From Acidobacteriota bacterium (GTDB taxonomy: Bacteria; Acidobacteriota; UBA6911; JACQSX01; JBPCNK01): a DNA stretch of 49,750 bases. Made by a program: the position numbers and the translations under genes. Under the pieces are notes generated by a model, which did not search any database, was not told where the DNA came from, and saw nothing but the letters and a program-made list of their open reading frames with translations. Shown here piece by piece: positions 20,608 through 30,270 of this stretch. Position 1 is the stretch's first letter. Each line of letters starts with the position of its first letter. The stretch lies in NCBI GenBank assembly GCA_051001345.1, contig JBPCNK010000093.1:1-49750 (forward strand), written 5' to 3'.

Positions 20608-23600
20608 ATGAAACACATGGCTCACGTCTCCGGCCGTTTGGGTTTGCTGGAGGAGGCGCTGCTGCAGGCGCTCGTTGACGCCAAGAAAAAAGATCCCTTC
20701 AAACCGCTGACCGTTCTGGTCGGATCGCGCCTGGTGGGCTTGTATCTGCAGCGTGCGCTGGCGTTGCGCGGCAACTCCCATCTCAATATCGACTGGCCGA
20801 CGCCGCCGGAGCTGGCGCGCAGAATCGCCGGCCCCTGCGGCGAGACGCTGTCTCCCGTGGCGGAAGCCTTCCTCGTTAGAAAACTGAAGGCGCGGGGATA
20901 CTTCGACCCGGTGGCCGAACGGCGCGGCTTCTACCGGGTTCTCCACGCCACATTGAAAGATCTTCGCGACGGAGGATTCCGTAGTTGTCCGGTTCCATCA
21001 GGTGATTCCAACGGCAAGATTCGGGAAGTAGCGCAGCTTCATAAGAGGTATCTGGCGGCGCTTGAGGGATTTGTAGACGACGCTGGTGTATTGGACAGAG
21101 CCGCCGCCAGCAGTGTGTCCTTTGACCGTCTGTGGATCTACGGTTTATATGACTTCACCGAGATGCAGCGCCGGCTGATCGAGGCAATCGCCCGGCAGGT
21201 TCCAGTGGAATGCTTCTTTCTGGAACACGAGTTTTCCAAGCCGACTCTGGAGTGGTTCGAGTCGATCGGGTTTGAGAAGAGCGTCGAGAAAAGCCGCAGG
21301 CTTGTCGAAAAAAGCCGCAGGCTGGAAGCCTGCGCTACTGCAACCTGTGTCGTGCTGAGTGCTTCGACCGAAGTTCGCGAGGTCACCGAAATCGCGCGCG
21401 AGATCTACAAGATGTGCCGCGACGAGAATTATCATTTTCACGAGATCGGCGTGGCGCTGCGCAATTCCGAAGAATACTCCGCCTTGTTCCAGCAGGTTTT
21501 CGAAAACCTCGGAATACCAGCGTTTGTCCAGAAAGGAAACAATCTAGCGGCGCACTCGCTGGGGCGCGCCGTGCTGCTGCTCGTCGACCTGGCGCAATCG
21601 GAATACCGGCGCGAGGCGGTCGTCGAGTGGGTCAAGTTTGCCGAAGTCCAACAGGCGGCGCTGTGGGACCGGCTCAGTCTTGAGGCCGGCGTCACTGAGG
21701 GCAAAGAGAACTGGCGCAGAAAATTGAAGTCACTGAAGGGCGCTTATTACCGCAGGCGCCGCAGACTGCGAGCCGAACGCGGCATTCTGGACGAGTCCAC
21801 ACCCGATCCGCCCGACGTCGCCTTGCCGGCCGGTGAGCAAGCGCTGCTCGACCGGATTAAGGCGATCGACGAGTTCGTGAGTTTTCTTTCCCGTCTGTTT
21901 CAGCATCTGGAAAGCCTGCCGCCAGTTGCGTCTTGGAGCCGTTTCTCAAAACTGGCCGATCAACTCGTGCAGTATTTCCACCCGCGCGACCCTGATCTGG
22001 AACGAGTGTCCGAGGCGCTTGCCAGCCTGGCGCAAATCGAGCGGCTGGAAGCGGAGACGACCTTTGCGACGTTTCGCGAAATGGTCCACGAGGCATTCGA
22101 GCAGGTCAGCTGGCACTCGGGCGCCTTCCAGCGAAACGCTGTCAGCGTATTCGCCTTGATGGCAGGCCGAGGCGTTCGTTTTCGGGCGCTGTTTGTACCC
22201 GGAATGGTCGAGAAATCGTTTCCAGCGCAAGTCCGCCAGGACCCGATTCTGCTCGATGAAGAACGAAAGCAAATCAACACGTTCGGCCAGGGACGGCTGC
22301 CCCTGAAGTTGTCACGACTGGACGAAGAAGCGCTTCTGTTCGATCTGATCCAGGACTCGGCCACCGAGCGCGTACTGTTTTCGTACCCCCGCATGGATGC
22401 CGCCACCGGACGGGACCGTGTCCCTTCTCCCTTTCTTTTGAAGCTGCACTCCCCGCCGCTTGAGACCTACGACGCCCTGTCGAGATTGCCTGGCTTTCGC
22501 AGAGTGGGAACCTCCGAAGTGGCGCCCCAGCGCGCCGCCGATTCGCTTCGCCGGCAGGAATACGACCTGTATTGCATCCAGCGTTCGACCGGCGAAGAAC
22601 GCAAGGACCTGGGCCGTTACCTGATGCGCGCTGATCCGTGGCTGCGGCGTTCGCTTGTGGCGCACGAGACGCGTTTTTTCTCGGGGACCTTCACGCCCTT
22701 TGACGGAATCGTATCCTCTCGGCTGAGCCGGGGGCGCCTGGCGGCGCGATTCGACCCGGAGAGCCACACATTCTCCGCCACGCAACTGGAAACCTATGCC
22801 ACGTGCCCTTATCGCTTTTTCCTGCGCGATGTGTTGCGTCTCGATCCACAACGAACTGAGGAAACCATCCAGGGCCTTACCGCTCTGGACCGGGGCTCGC
22901 TGGCCCATGAAATCCTGCGCGATTTCTTCTCGCGCGTCAGCCCGCCGCTCGACCCGGACCAAAAGCAGGAGCTGTCCGACAAGCTCAATCGAACGATCGA
23001 ACAGCACTTCGCGCGCGCCGAGGCCGAAGGCATTACCGGCTATCGCCTGCTGTGGGAGATGGATCGGCAGCGGCTGCGCGAAGACCTTCTAGAACTTCTC
23101 GACCGGGAGCTGGCCGAAAGCCGCTGGATACCGGCTGAATTTGAAGTCTGGTTTGACACCATCGTGGTCGATTCGCCGGTCGGGCCGGTGCGCTTCAAAG
23201 GGAAGGTGGACCGAATCGATCGCTCCGGCGGATACACAGGACAGGGCGCGGCGCCACAGGCCGTGCGAGTCATTGATTACAAGACAGGAAAGGTTTACCA
23301 AAAAGTGAAGGCTCCTTTTGGCGGTGGACGCTCGCTGCAGCTTCCCATCTACATGTTGGCGGCTCAGCAGCGCTACGGTCTCTCCGACATGGAGCGGTCC
23401 ATTGCAGAGTATTACTTTATTTCGCGCCGGCAGAAGTTTAAGAAAATTGAATTTCCGGGCAGGGACTGGCCGCGCCAATCCGCGTCGCTCAGCCACGTTG
23501 CGGGAACGCTTGTGGCGGGAATTCTTCAGGGACAATTCTTTCCATTTCCCGGCCACGACGCCGAGAACTGCAAATTCTGTGATTTTCGGTCGGTCTGCGA

Positions 23601-23685
23601 CCGAAGAGTTGTGACCCTGTTCGACAAGAAGCGGGATGATCCTGTGGCGGAGAATTTCCTCGGCTTGAAAAAAGAGCCGGAATAG
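20608..23685 (+). CDS. addB: AddB-like nuclease subunit (inactive helicase fold + PD-(D/E)xK nuclease with 4-Cys Fe-S staple)
   Basis: SATQLETYATCPYRFF, RGSLAH, GKVDRID, IDYKTG, LQLPIY, C..C.....C; precedes an AddA-like gene. Confidence 0.85.
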   Translation: MKHMAHVSGRLGLLEEALLQALVDAKKKDPFKPLTVLVGSRLVGLYLQRALALRGNSHLNIDWPTPPELARRIAGPCGETLSPVAEAFLVRKLKARGYFDPVAERRGFYRVLHATLKDLRDGGFRSCPVPSGDSNGKIREVAQLHKRYLAALEGFVDDAGVLDRAAASSVSFDRLWIYGLYDFTEMQRRLIEAIARQVPVECFFLEHEFSKPTLEWFESIGFEKSVEKSRRLVEKSRRLEACATATCVVLSASTEVREVTEIAREIYKMCRDENYHFHEIGVALRNSEEYSALFQQVFENLGIPAFVQKGNNLAAHSLGRAVLLLVDLAQSEYRREAVVEWVKFAEVQQAALWDRLSLEAGVTEGKENWRRKLKSLKGAYYRRRRRLRAERGILDESTPDPPDVALPAGEQALLDRIKAIDEFVSFLSRLFQHLESLPPVASWSRFSKLADQLVQYFHPRDPDLERVSEALASLAQIERLEAETTFATFREMVHEAFEQVSWHSGAFQRNAVSVFALMAGRGVRFRALFVPGMVEKSFPAQVRQDPILLDEERKQINTFGQGRLPLKLSRLDEEALLFDLIQDSATERVLFSYPRMDAATGRDRVPSPFLLKLHSPPLETYDALSRLPGFRRVGTSEVAPQRAADSLRRQEYDLYCIQRSTGEERKDLGRYLMRADPWLRRSLVAHETRFFSGTFTPFDGIVSSRLSRGRLAARFDPESHTFSATQLETYATCPYRFFLRDVLRLDPQRTEETIQGLTALDRGSLAHEILRDFFSRVSPPLDPDQKQELSDKLNRTIEQHFARAEAEGITGYRLLWEMDRQRLREDLLELLDRELAESRWIPAEFEVWFDTIVVDSPVGPVRFKGKVDRIDRSGGYTGQGAAPQAVRVIDYKTGKVYQKVKAPFGGGRSLQLPIYMLAAQQRYGLSDMERSIAEYYFISRRQKFKKIEFPGRDWPRQSASLSHVAGTLVAGILQGQFFPFPGHDAENCKFCDFRSVCDRRVVTLFDKKRDDPVAENFLGLKKEPE

Positions 23686-23987
23686 GCCGGAGTAGGCCTG
23701 GAGTAGGCCGGATTATTCAGAAAAAAGCTAGTCACGAATTACACGAATTACACGAATGAACACGAACGTTCTCAGCACCAGCGGTGGAACCGATATATTT
23801 CGCGCCCAGTCGGGATAATTCGTGACTAGCTTTTTGCTTTTTGCGAATAGGTTAGGTACTCGGATTATTCACAAAATAAAAAACTTAGTCACGAATGATA
23901 GAAATTTGTGAACAGGCGCTGAAGTGCAAAGGTTTTTCGTGTAATTCGTTTAATTCGTGTAATTCGTGACTAAGCTTTTTTGTGAAT
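23686..23987. mobile_element. Two tandem nonamer-arm elements between addB and addA
   Basis: TAGGCCGGAG-type stutter x3 leading into GCCGGATTATTCA; second unit starts CTCGGATTATTCACAAAA at 23859. Confidence 0.87.
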
Positions 23988-24007
23988 GTCAGAGCCGGAC
24001 GAACTCG

Positions 24008-27000
24008 ATGACGTCGAACACTGAACCCCTCGACCTGGTTGACCAACGCGACCGCGATCGGGCTTGCCGCGATCTCGATTCCAGCCTTGTCGTCGAGGCG
24101 GGAGCAGGGACGGGGAAAACAACGGTGCTGGTCAGCCGGGTACTTCACATTCTGGAATCCCAGCGGGCGGCCCTTCCTGAAATTGTCGCCATTACGTTCA
24201 CGGAGAAGGCTGCCGGCGAGTTGAAGATTCGTTTGCGCGAAGAGATCGAAAAGAGGGGACTGCGCGAGCCGCTGCAGCAACTTGACAGGACCAACGTCTC
24301 GACCATTCATGCCTTCGCCTCCGCGCTGCTGCGCGAACGCCCGGTCGAAGCCGGCGTCGATCCGGGCTTTGAACAACTGGACGCGCTGTCGGGAACTCTG
24401 CTGGAGGAAGAGCTCTGGAAAGAATGGATCGGCCTTCAGTTGGAATCCGCCCACCCGGTTTTGAAGGATGCCTTGGCATCCGGCATCACCATCAAACACA
24501 TGAGAGGGATGGCCAGCCAGCTGTATGAGAACCGGGATGTTGCCGAAGGACTTGGGGCCGTAGAGCCTGTCGAGCTACTCGATCGGGTATTGCACTGGTT
24601 AGCAGGCCAGGGATCAGGGGTCAGGGGTCAGGGGTCAGGGAGGGGTCAGGGGTCAGGGGTCAGGGGGCTGCCGGCTGCCGACTGCCTACTGTCGTTTGTG
24701 TCGTTCGCCCAGCGGGAGAAGGAACGGCGCGGGCTGGTGGATTTTCAGGATCTGCTGATTAAGGCGCGCGACATGCTGCGCGACAATCGCGAGGCGCGCC
24801 GGTACTTCCAATCGAGGTTCAAATACATCCTCGTCGACGAGTTTCAGGATACCGATCCGCTGCAGGTCGAAATCGTCTTTTTCCTGGCGGAGGAGCGACC
24901 GTTGGCCGACTCGTGGCGGAGCGTGCAGCTCAAACCGGGAAAGTTATTTGTGGTGGGCGACCCCAAGCAATCGATTTATCGCTTTCGCCGGGCCGATATC
25001 GAAATGTACGCGCAAGCCCGGCGCCAGATTTGCGGCCAAAACGAGCCGCTGAAGATCGTCCAGAATTTTCGCAGCGTGCCCGCCGTGATCGGTTGGATCA
25101 ACGAAGCCTTCAGCAAATTGATCGTTCCTTCCGATTACCAGCCTTCCTACGAGCCGCTTGCCGCGGCGCGCCAATTGCCCGCATCCGTACCCGCGCGGCC
25201 CTCGGATGCAGCGCTGCGACCGCGCGTGCTATTTCCCAGCAATGCAAAGGAACAACCCGCTTCCGCCCCCGAATATCGCGCAGCCGAAGCGGATGTTATC
25301 GCCCAGGTCGTGCTCGCGGCGTTGGAGGAACAGTGGACGATCACGGAAAAGAGCGGCGGGGTGCGGCCGGTGCGACGGCGTGATATTGCAATACTATTTG
25401 GCCGCTGGAGCAAGGAGATCGACATCTATGAGGCGGCCCTGCAGGCGCACGGACTGGCCTATCACATGGACGGCGGCAAGAATTTTTTCGTCCGGCAGGA
25501 AGTTCGTTCTCTGGCGGCCTGCCTGTCGGCGGTAGAAGATCCGATGGACGCCGTGGCGCTGGTAGGCGCCCTGCGCTCTTCGTTCTTCGGCTTCTCCGAT
25601 GAAGATTTGTTTTTGGTTGTTTCAGGCGGGAAAAAACTCAATTACCTGGAAGATCCCGGCGAAGAATGGCCTGAACTGCGCGCAGGGTTCCGACTGCTGC
25701 GATCGCTGCACGAAGAACGCAACCGCAAGACGATTTCACAGACTGTCGACGGACTGCTGGACTCGACGCGTGCGCTCCAGGCGTTGGCGCTGCAGCCGTA
25801 TGGCGATCAGGCCGTTGCCAACCTGTTGAAAGTCGCCGAACAGGCTCGCGCGTTTGATCGGCAGAGGCTGACAACGTTCGGGCGGTTTGCGCGCTGGATT
25901 TCCAAAATGGAAGACGAGCAGAAGGACGAAGCCGAGTCGGCTCTGATCGAAGCGGAGGAAGATGTTTTGCGGTTGTTTACGATCCACCGTGCCAAGGGTC
26001 TGGAATTTCCGGTGGTCATTCTTGCCAACTTGAATTTTGGCAAAGCTCGCGCCGATCGGCTGATTGTCGAGCACGTAGGCGCGAAGCTTCACGCCCGGAT
26101 CGAAGTGCAATCCGAGGACGGCAAGTCGCTTACGCTTGCAACTTCGGACTTCGAAGACGCGGTCGAACGCGAGCGCCAGCGCGAAGCCGATGAATTGAAG
26201 CGGCTCTTCTATGTCGGCGCGACTCGCGCCCGAGACTACCTGGTACTTCCGGTCCTGCCGTATCAGAAGAAGCCGGTTGGTTTTCTTCAAATGTTGTTGG
26301 AGAGCCAGACGGCGGTCCCCTCGCAAATCAGCAGGCGATTGGGTGAACCCCCTCCTCCTCTGAAGATTGATTTAGCCGATCAGGCCGACTACGACCCGGG
26401 CATTCTGCTCGAGCGCAAACAGTGGGAAGCCGAGCGGGAAAACACCTGGCAGCGGGCCCGGGGCGGAATCGAGTGGGCCAGCGCGACAAGCCAAAAGGAC
26501 GCGCTCTGGGAGGAACTCGAAACCGAGCATTGGGGCACAGGCGACGGAACGGCGCTGGGAGCCGCCTTTCACGAAATCATGGATCAGATCGACTGGAGCG
26601 ATCCGGCTGGCCTCGATCAACTTTGCCGGGATCGCGCCGGTTTCTTTGGGATCTCCGCCCGAGCCGCTTTGCTGGAAGAGATGGCGCGCTGGTGTTTGAA
26701 AAGTGATCTGGTCAGGCGGGCGCTGGCCTCGCAGAATTACTGGAAAGAGATGCCGTTCGCCTGTTTTGATCCGCCGCGGATGATGGAGGGCGCAATGGAC
26801 CTCGTCTTCCGGGAACCCGGCGGCTTGGTCATTGTCGACTTTAAGACGGACGCCACCCCGAAACGTCTCGAATCGGTCTACCGGATCCAGGGCGAAACCT
26901 ACGCGCGCGCGCTGACAAAGATCACAGGCCAGGCGCCGCGAGAGGTCTGGTTTCTATTTGTGCAAGCCAAGACTGCCGAGCGGCTGGAGTTGGGCAAGGG

Positions 27001-27019
27001 GCAGATGAAGTTGTTTTAG
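24008..27019 (+). CDS. addA: AddA-like UvrD helicase-nuclease
   Basis: AGAGTGKT, ITFTEKAA, TIHAF, VDEFQD, VGDPKQSIYRFR, QNFRS, TIHRAKGLEF, YVGATRA, C-terminal G..D.....VDFKT nuclease. Confidence 0.92.
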   Translation: MTSNTEPLDLVDQRDRDRACRDLDSSLVVEAGAGTGKTTVLVSRVLHILESQRAALPEIVAITFTEKAAGELKIRLREEIEKRGLREPLQQLDRTNVSTIHAFASALLRERPVEAGVDPGFEQLDALSGTLLEEELWKEWIGLQLESAHPVLKDALASGITIKHMRGMASQLYENRDVAEGLGAVEPVELLDRVLHWLAGQGSGVRGQGSGRGQGSGVRGLPAADCLLSFVSFAQREKERRGLVDFQDLLIKARDMLRDNREARRYFQSRFKYILVDEFQDTDPLQVEIVFFLAEERPLADSWRSVQLKPGKLFVVGDPKQSIYRFRRADIEMYAQARRQICGQNEPLKIVQNFRSVPAVIGWINEAFSKLIVPSDYQPSYEPLAAARQLPASVPARPSDAALRPRVLFPSNAKEQPASAPEYRAAEADVIAQVVLAALEEQWTITEKSGGVRPVRRRDIAILFGRWSKEIDIYEAALQAHGLAYHMDGGKNFFVRQEVRSLAACLSAVEDPMDAVALVGALRSSFFGFSDEDLFLVVSGGKKLNYLEDPGEEWPELRAGFRLLRSLHEERNRKTISQTVDGLLDSTRALQALALQPYGDQAVANLLKVAEQARAFDRQRLTTFGRFARWISKMEDEQKDEAESALIEAEEDVLRLFTIHRAKGLEFPVVILANLNFGKARADRLIVEHVGAKLHARIEVQSEDGKSLTLATSDFEDAVERERQREADELKRLFYVGATRARDYLVLPVLPYQKKPVGFLQMLLESQTAVPSQISRRLGEPPPPLKIDLADQADYDPGILLERKQWEAERENTWQRARGGIEWASATSQKDALWEELETEHWGTGDGTALGAAFHEIMDQIDWSDPAGLDQLCRDRAGFFGISARAALLEEMARWCLKSDLVRRALASQNYWKEMPFACFDPPRMMEGAMDLVFREPGGLVIVDFKTDATPKRLESVYRIQGETYARALTKITGQAPREVWFLFVQAKTAERLELGKGQMKLF

Positions 27020-27021
27020 AA

Positions 27022-27282
27022 AGTGGCCAGTGGTCGGTGGCCAGTGGCCAGCCGGCAGAGTGTGGCTGCGCTAGCAGAGCAGTCGGATTATTCACAAAAA
27101 AGCTAGTCACGAATTACACGAAAGCCTTTGCTCTTCAGCGCCCGCCCACAGATTCGTGAACATTCACGAATTATCCCGAATGGACGCGAAATATATCGGT
27201 TTCCGCCACTGGCGCTCAGAACGTTTCGTGATCATTCGTGTCATTCGTGAAATTCGTGACCAGGTTTTTGCTTTTTTGTGAA
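27022..27282. mobile_element. AGTGGCC heptamer arm (27022-27055) and nonamer-arm element (27083-27282), the latter a fused inverted copy of 23707-23987
   Basis: Cores CTTCAGCGCC and GCGAAATATATCGG are reverse complements of cores in 23707-23987. Confidence 0.85.
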
Positions 27283-27347
27283 GCTCACAATCCCTAATGA
27301 GGCGTAAAATCGACATGGTAGGTACATTTCAGCGGAGAAAACCTTTC

Positions 27348-27554
27348 ATGCACGGCATTCAGTATGTAACGGACAGCAAGGGTAAGCGCGTCGCCGTCGT
27401 GATCGACCTAAAGGAACACAGCGAACTCTGGGAGGACTTTTACGACGGCCTGATCGCTCGCCTTCGTGCAAAAGAGCCCCGTTACTCTTTGGAAAGCGTA
27501 AAGGCGGAGTTGAAGAAAAGCGGCAAGTTGGCTGTTTTTGGAGGATCGATATGA
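27348..27554 (+). CDS. Small putative antitoxin (RelB-like)
   Basis: IQYVTDSKGKRVAVVIDL...WEDFYD pattern typical of addiction-module proteins. Confidence 0.75.
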   Translation: MHGIQYVTDSKGKRVAVVIDLKEHSELWEDFYDGLIARLRAKEPRYSLESVKAELKKSGKLAVFGGSI

Positions 27555-27751
27555 CTAAGCTTGAAGAATTGGAACTAGCGATCGAATCTCTTCCGGAAAA
27601 GGAGTACAGCCAGTTTCGGCGGTGGTTCCTGGAGCGTGACTGGGAGAGGTGGGACCGAGAGATCGAGGCTGACTCAACGTCCGGCAAGCTTGACTTCCTA
27701 GTCGAGGAGGCCCAAGACGCCAAGGCCAAGCGAACCCTGAATGACCTTTGA
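27551..27751 (+). CDS. Small putative antitoxin
   Basis: MTKLEELELAIESLP...WDREIEADSTSGKLDFLVEEA pattern; ATGA overlap. Confidence 0.75.
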   Translation: MTKLEELELAIESLPEKEYSQFRRWFLERDWERWDREIEADSTSGKLDFLVEEAQDAKAKRTLNDL

Positions 27752-27779
27752 TTGCATCGAACGACGGACCATCCGGGTG

Positions 27780-28094
27780 CTCGAATCATTCACAAAAAAG
27801 CTAGTCACGAATTACACGAATTATCCCGAATGACACGAAACATAGATAGAGGTTCGACAACTGGTGCTGAAAGCCGTGTTGAAAACTGCAAGCCCGGCCC
27901 AAAGGTGCTCAAAGCCGTTCCATTAGATTCGTGATAATTCGTGAAATTCGTGAAATTCGTGACCAGGTTTTTGATTATGTGAATAATCCGGGTACCCCAT
28001 TTATTCACCAAAGCAAAAACTAGTCACAAGTGACCGGTAGCAAGAATACAAGTAAAAGCCTCAGCCCTAACTGGCCACTGGCCACCGGCCACTG
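27780..28094. mobile_element. Nonamer-arm element (27780-27992), TA, partial left end (27995-28028) and GGCCACT heptamer arm (28071-28094)
   Basis: TGTGAATAATCCGGG-TA-CCCCATTTATTCAC junction; core related to 1714-2128. Confidence 0.85.
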
Positions 28095-28096
28095 CT

Positions 28097-29926
28097 CTAC
28101 CGAACCTTCACAACCGCCGCCTGTAAGACATTCTTGCTGGCGTCGTCCTGAACGAACGCCACAACCGACAGGTTTTCGCGGTTGATCTCGTGTTTGCGCT
28201 CGGGGAACTTCGAGCTCTCCTTTTTTTCGAACTCGTCGGCGTAGTGTTTCAGGCTTTCCTGCAGGGCTTTGAGATCGACCGAGTCGGATACTTCGAACTT
28301 ACCGCCGCCCAGACTCACGGCGCGTCCGCCCGCTCCCCCCAACATTTTGCGGACAACGTAACGGTGCAAGTGCACCTGGTTGTATCCCGTGTAATGAACC
28401 GGATCCTCGACCAGCGCGATGCGCAGCCGATGCTTGGACGCATCGAATTCCGTCACAGCCTTCAACGTGACTTCCACGCTCAGCGCGTCGCCGCGGCGCT
28501 CGGTCTTGATGGCAACTTCGTAGCCCGGTTTGGCAGCCAACTGTTTTTCGATCTCAAGCCGGTAGCGTTCAAACAGGATCGGCGCTGCCGGCGCCGCGCC
28601 ACCGCCGGAGTTGCGGGCCTGCCCGTCAATCAGCGAGGTGGGGGTGCCGTTGATCTGGTAATACTCACCGCGCTCCTCCGTGTCGGCGTTGGTCATCGGG
28701 TCGGGCCGCGGGATGTGTTCGTGGTACTCCACGACGGCCAGCGTCGAGGCGTCGAAACGGTCCAGCAGCGCATCGTAGGCTTTGTCGGCGCCAAAGCAGG
28801 GTCCGCATTCCGAGCCGGTGAAGAGCTCGGCTAAAACGACCTTTCCCGTTTTCGCCGCGGGAGCAAATGGTTCGGTCTTGATCAGCGGAGGTTGTTCGGC
28901 CGCCCTCTTGTCAATCGCTTCGTGCAGTCCGCTTAACGAGCCATGCGCCTTGCGATAGTTCTGCTCGAGCATGCGAAGCAACGATTCGCCACCGAGCTGG
29001 GCGTATGCCCCGAGGTAGTAATCGGCGGCTTGTACGAACTGTCCTTTGGCTTCATGGATCTGCGCCAGTTCCAGCGAAGCTTTGGAATTGCGCGGATTGG
29101 TTTCCAGCGCTTTTTTGTACAGTTCCTCGGCGTCAGCGATCTTGCCAGAGCGGCGGGCCAGCAGTCCCTCGGTGAGCATCAGGTCGGAACGGGCCATGGC
29201 GGGAGCGTCGTCTTTAAGCAGCGGGGCGGCCCGTAAGGTCAGCTCTTCGGCTTTGGCTAGCAGCCGGCTGTTTTCGGCCAACAATTGGGCCGTGTCTCGA
29301 TAGACGGTGAACCGTGCCGCATCGTCCAGCGTCGGGATTTTCTCAAACTCAGCCAGGAAACGGTCGAGCGTCTTGGCGAGCGCCAGATCGTCGGGTTCGG
29401 CCTGCAAACTAGCTTCGAAGATGTTGGCCAGCGACGCGGCCACGACCGTGCTCTTTGGATAATCGCGGACGAATTTCTCCAGAGCTTCGATCTTCTTTTT
29501 CGGGTCCCGCTGGGCCAGCGCAGCCTGGTAGGCGTTGCGCTCGGCGTATGGGTCCTCCAGTTGTGCCTTGTCGGTCCGGACCGCTATGAAAGGAACCGGG
29601 CGGCTCTTGTCATCGGCGACGCCGCGGATTGTTCCGCCGGCAAGCTTTCCCTTGAAGTGGATGTTCATTTCGGCGCCGAATGAAATGACAAATTCGATCT
29701 CATCGCCGCTGACCTTCAGCGCCGCGGGCGCGTCGGGACCGGCGCCCAGCGCGTTGGCGATAAACTTGCCCGAATAACCGTCCGTGCCTGCCGTCAAATC
29801 GACGATCCACATCGGAATTTCCCGGCTCTGGGTAGTCGGCGGCAAGATGGAAATCTGCCAGCGGCCTGAGAAGTCAGGAGCTTGGGACAAAAAGCTAAGG
29901 CACAGTACAAATATCAGGCTCTGCAT
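28097..29926 (-). CDS. Secreted TPR protein with C-terminal thioredoxin-fold/Omp28-like domain
   Basis: Signal peptide, TPR-like helices (AEELYKKALETNP), ELFTGSECGPC, YQINGTPT, VVAFVQD. Confidence 0.8.
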   Translation of the reverse strand: MQSLIFVLCLSFLSQAPDFSGRWQISILPPTTQSREIPMWIVDLTAGTDGYSGKFIANALGAGPDAPAALKVSGDEIEFVISFGAEMNIHFKGKLAGGTIRGVADDKSRPVPFIAVRTDKAQLEDPYAERNAYQAALAQRDPKKKIEALEKFVRDYPKSTVVAASLANIFEASLQAEPDDLALAKTLDRFLAEFEKIPTLDDAARFTVYRDTAQLLAENSRLLAKAEELTLRAAPLLKDDAPAMARSDLMLTEGLLARRSGKIADAEELYKKALETNPRNSKASLELAQIHEAKGQFVQAADYYLGAYAQLGGESLLRMLEQNYRKAHGSLSGLHEAIDKRAAEQPPLIKTEPFAPAAKTGKVVLAELFTGSECGPCFGADKAYDALLDRFDASTLAVVEYHEHIPRPDPMTNADTEERGEYYQINGTPTSLIDGQARNSGGGAAPAAPILFERYRLEIEKQLAAKPGYEVAIKTERRGDALSVEVTLKAVTEFDASKHRLRIALVEDPVHYTGYNQVHLHRYVVRKMLGGAGGRAVSLGGGKFEVSDSVDLKALQESLKHYADEFEKKESSKFPERKHEINRENLSVVAFVQDDASKNVLQAAVVKVR

Positions 29927-29950
29927 AGACTCCCATTGTGACACAGAAAA

Positions 29951-30125
29951 GCAGGGTTCAGGCTTCAGGGGTCAGGCGTCAGGGGACGAGGTAAGGGACG
30001 AGGGACGAAGGACGAGGTACGAAGGACGAAGGACAAAAGACGAGGTACGAGGTACGAAGGACAAAGGAGGGAGTACGACGAGACTTGTCCCTCGTCCCTC
30101 GTCCCTCGTCCCTCCCCTGGAGCCT
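29951..30125. repeat. Nested heptamer hairpin (CAGG(G/C)(G/T)T outer arms, GGACGAR/TCGTCCC inner arms)
   Basis: More than 15 tandem 7-mers visible. Confidence 0.88.
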
Positions 30126-30270
30126 GTTTCTGAGACATTTGGAGTGCCGTCGCATCCCTATTAAGGACGGGCGAGCTTTGTGTGCCGCTAGGGGCTTTCG
30201 AAATTGAACTCCAAACACCAACGAAGTTGTTGTAAAATAGTAGGTTAGCTTTAGAAGGAAGTGTCGTTCT

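Noticed and set aside
20608-27019. Novel helicase-nuclease defence system or Cas4
   Set aside because: Domain order and motifs fit ordinary AddAB
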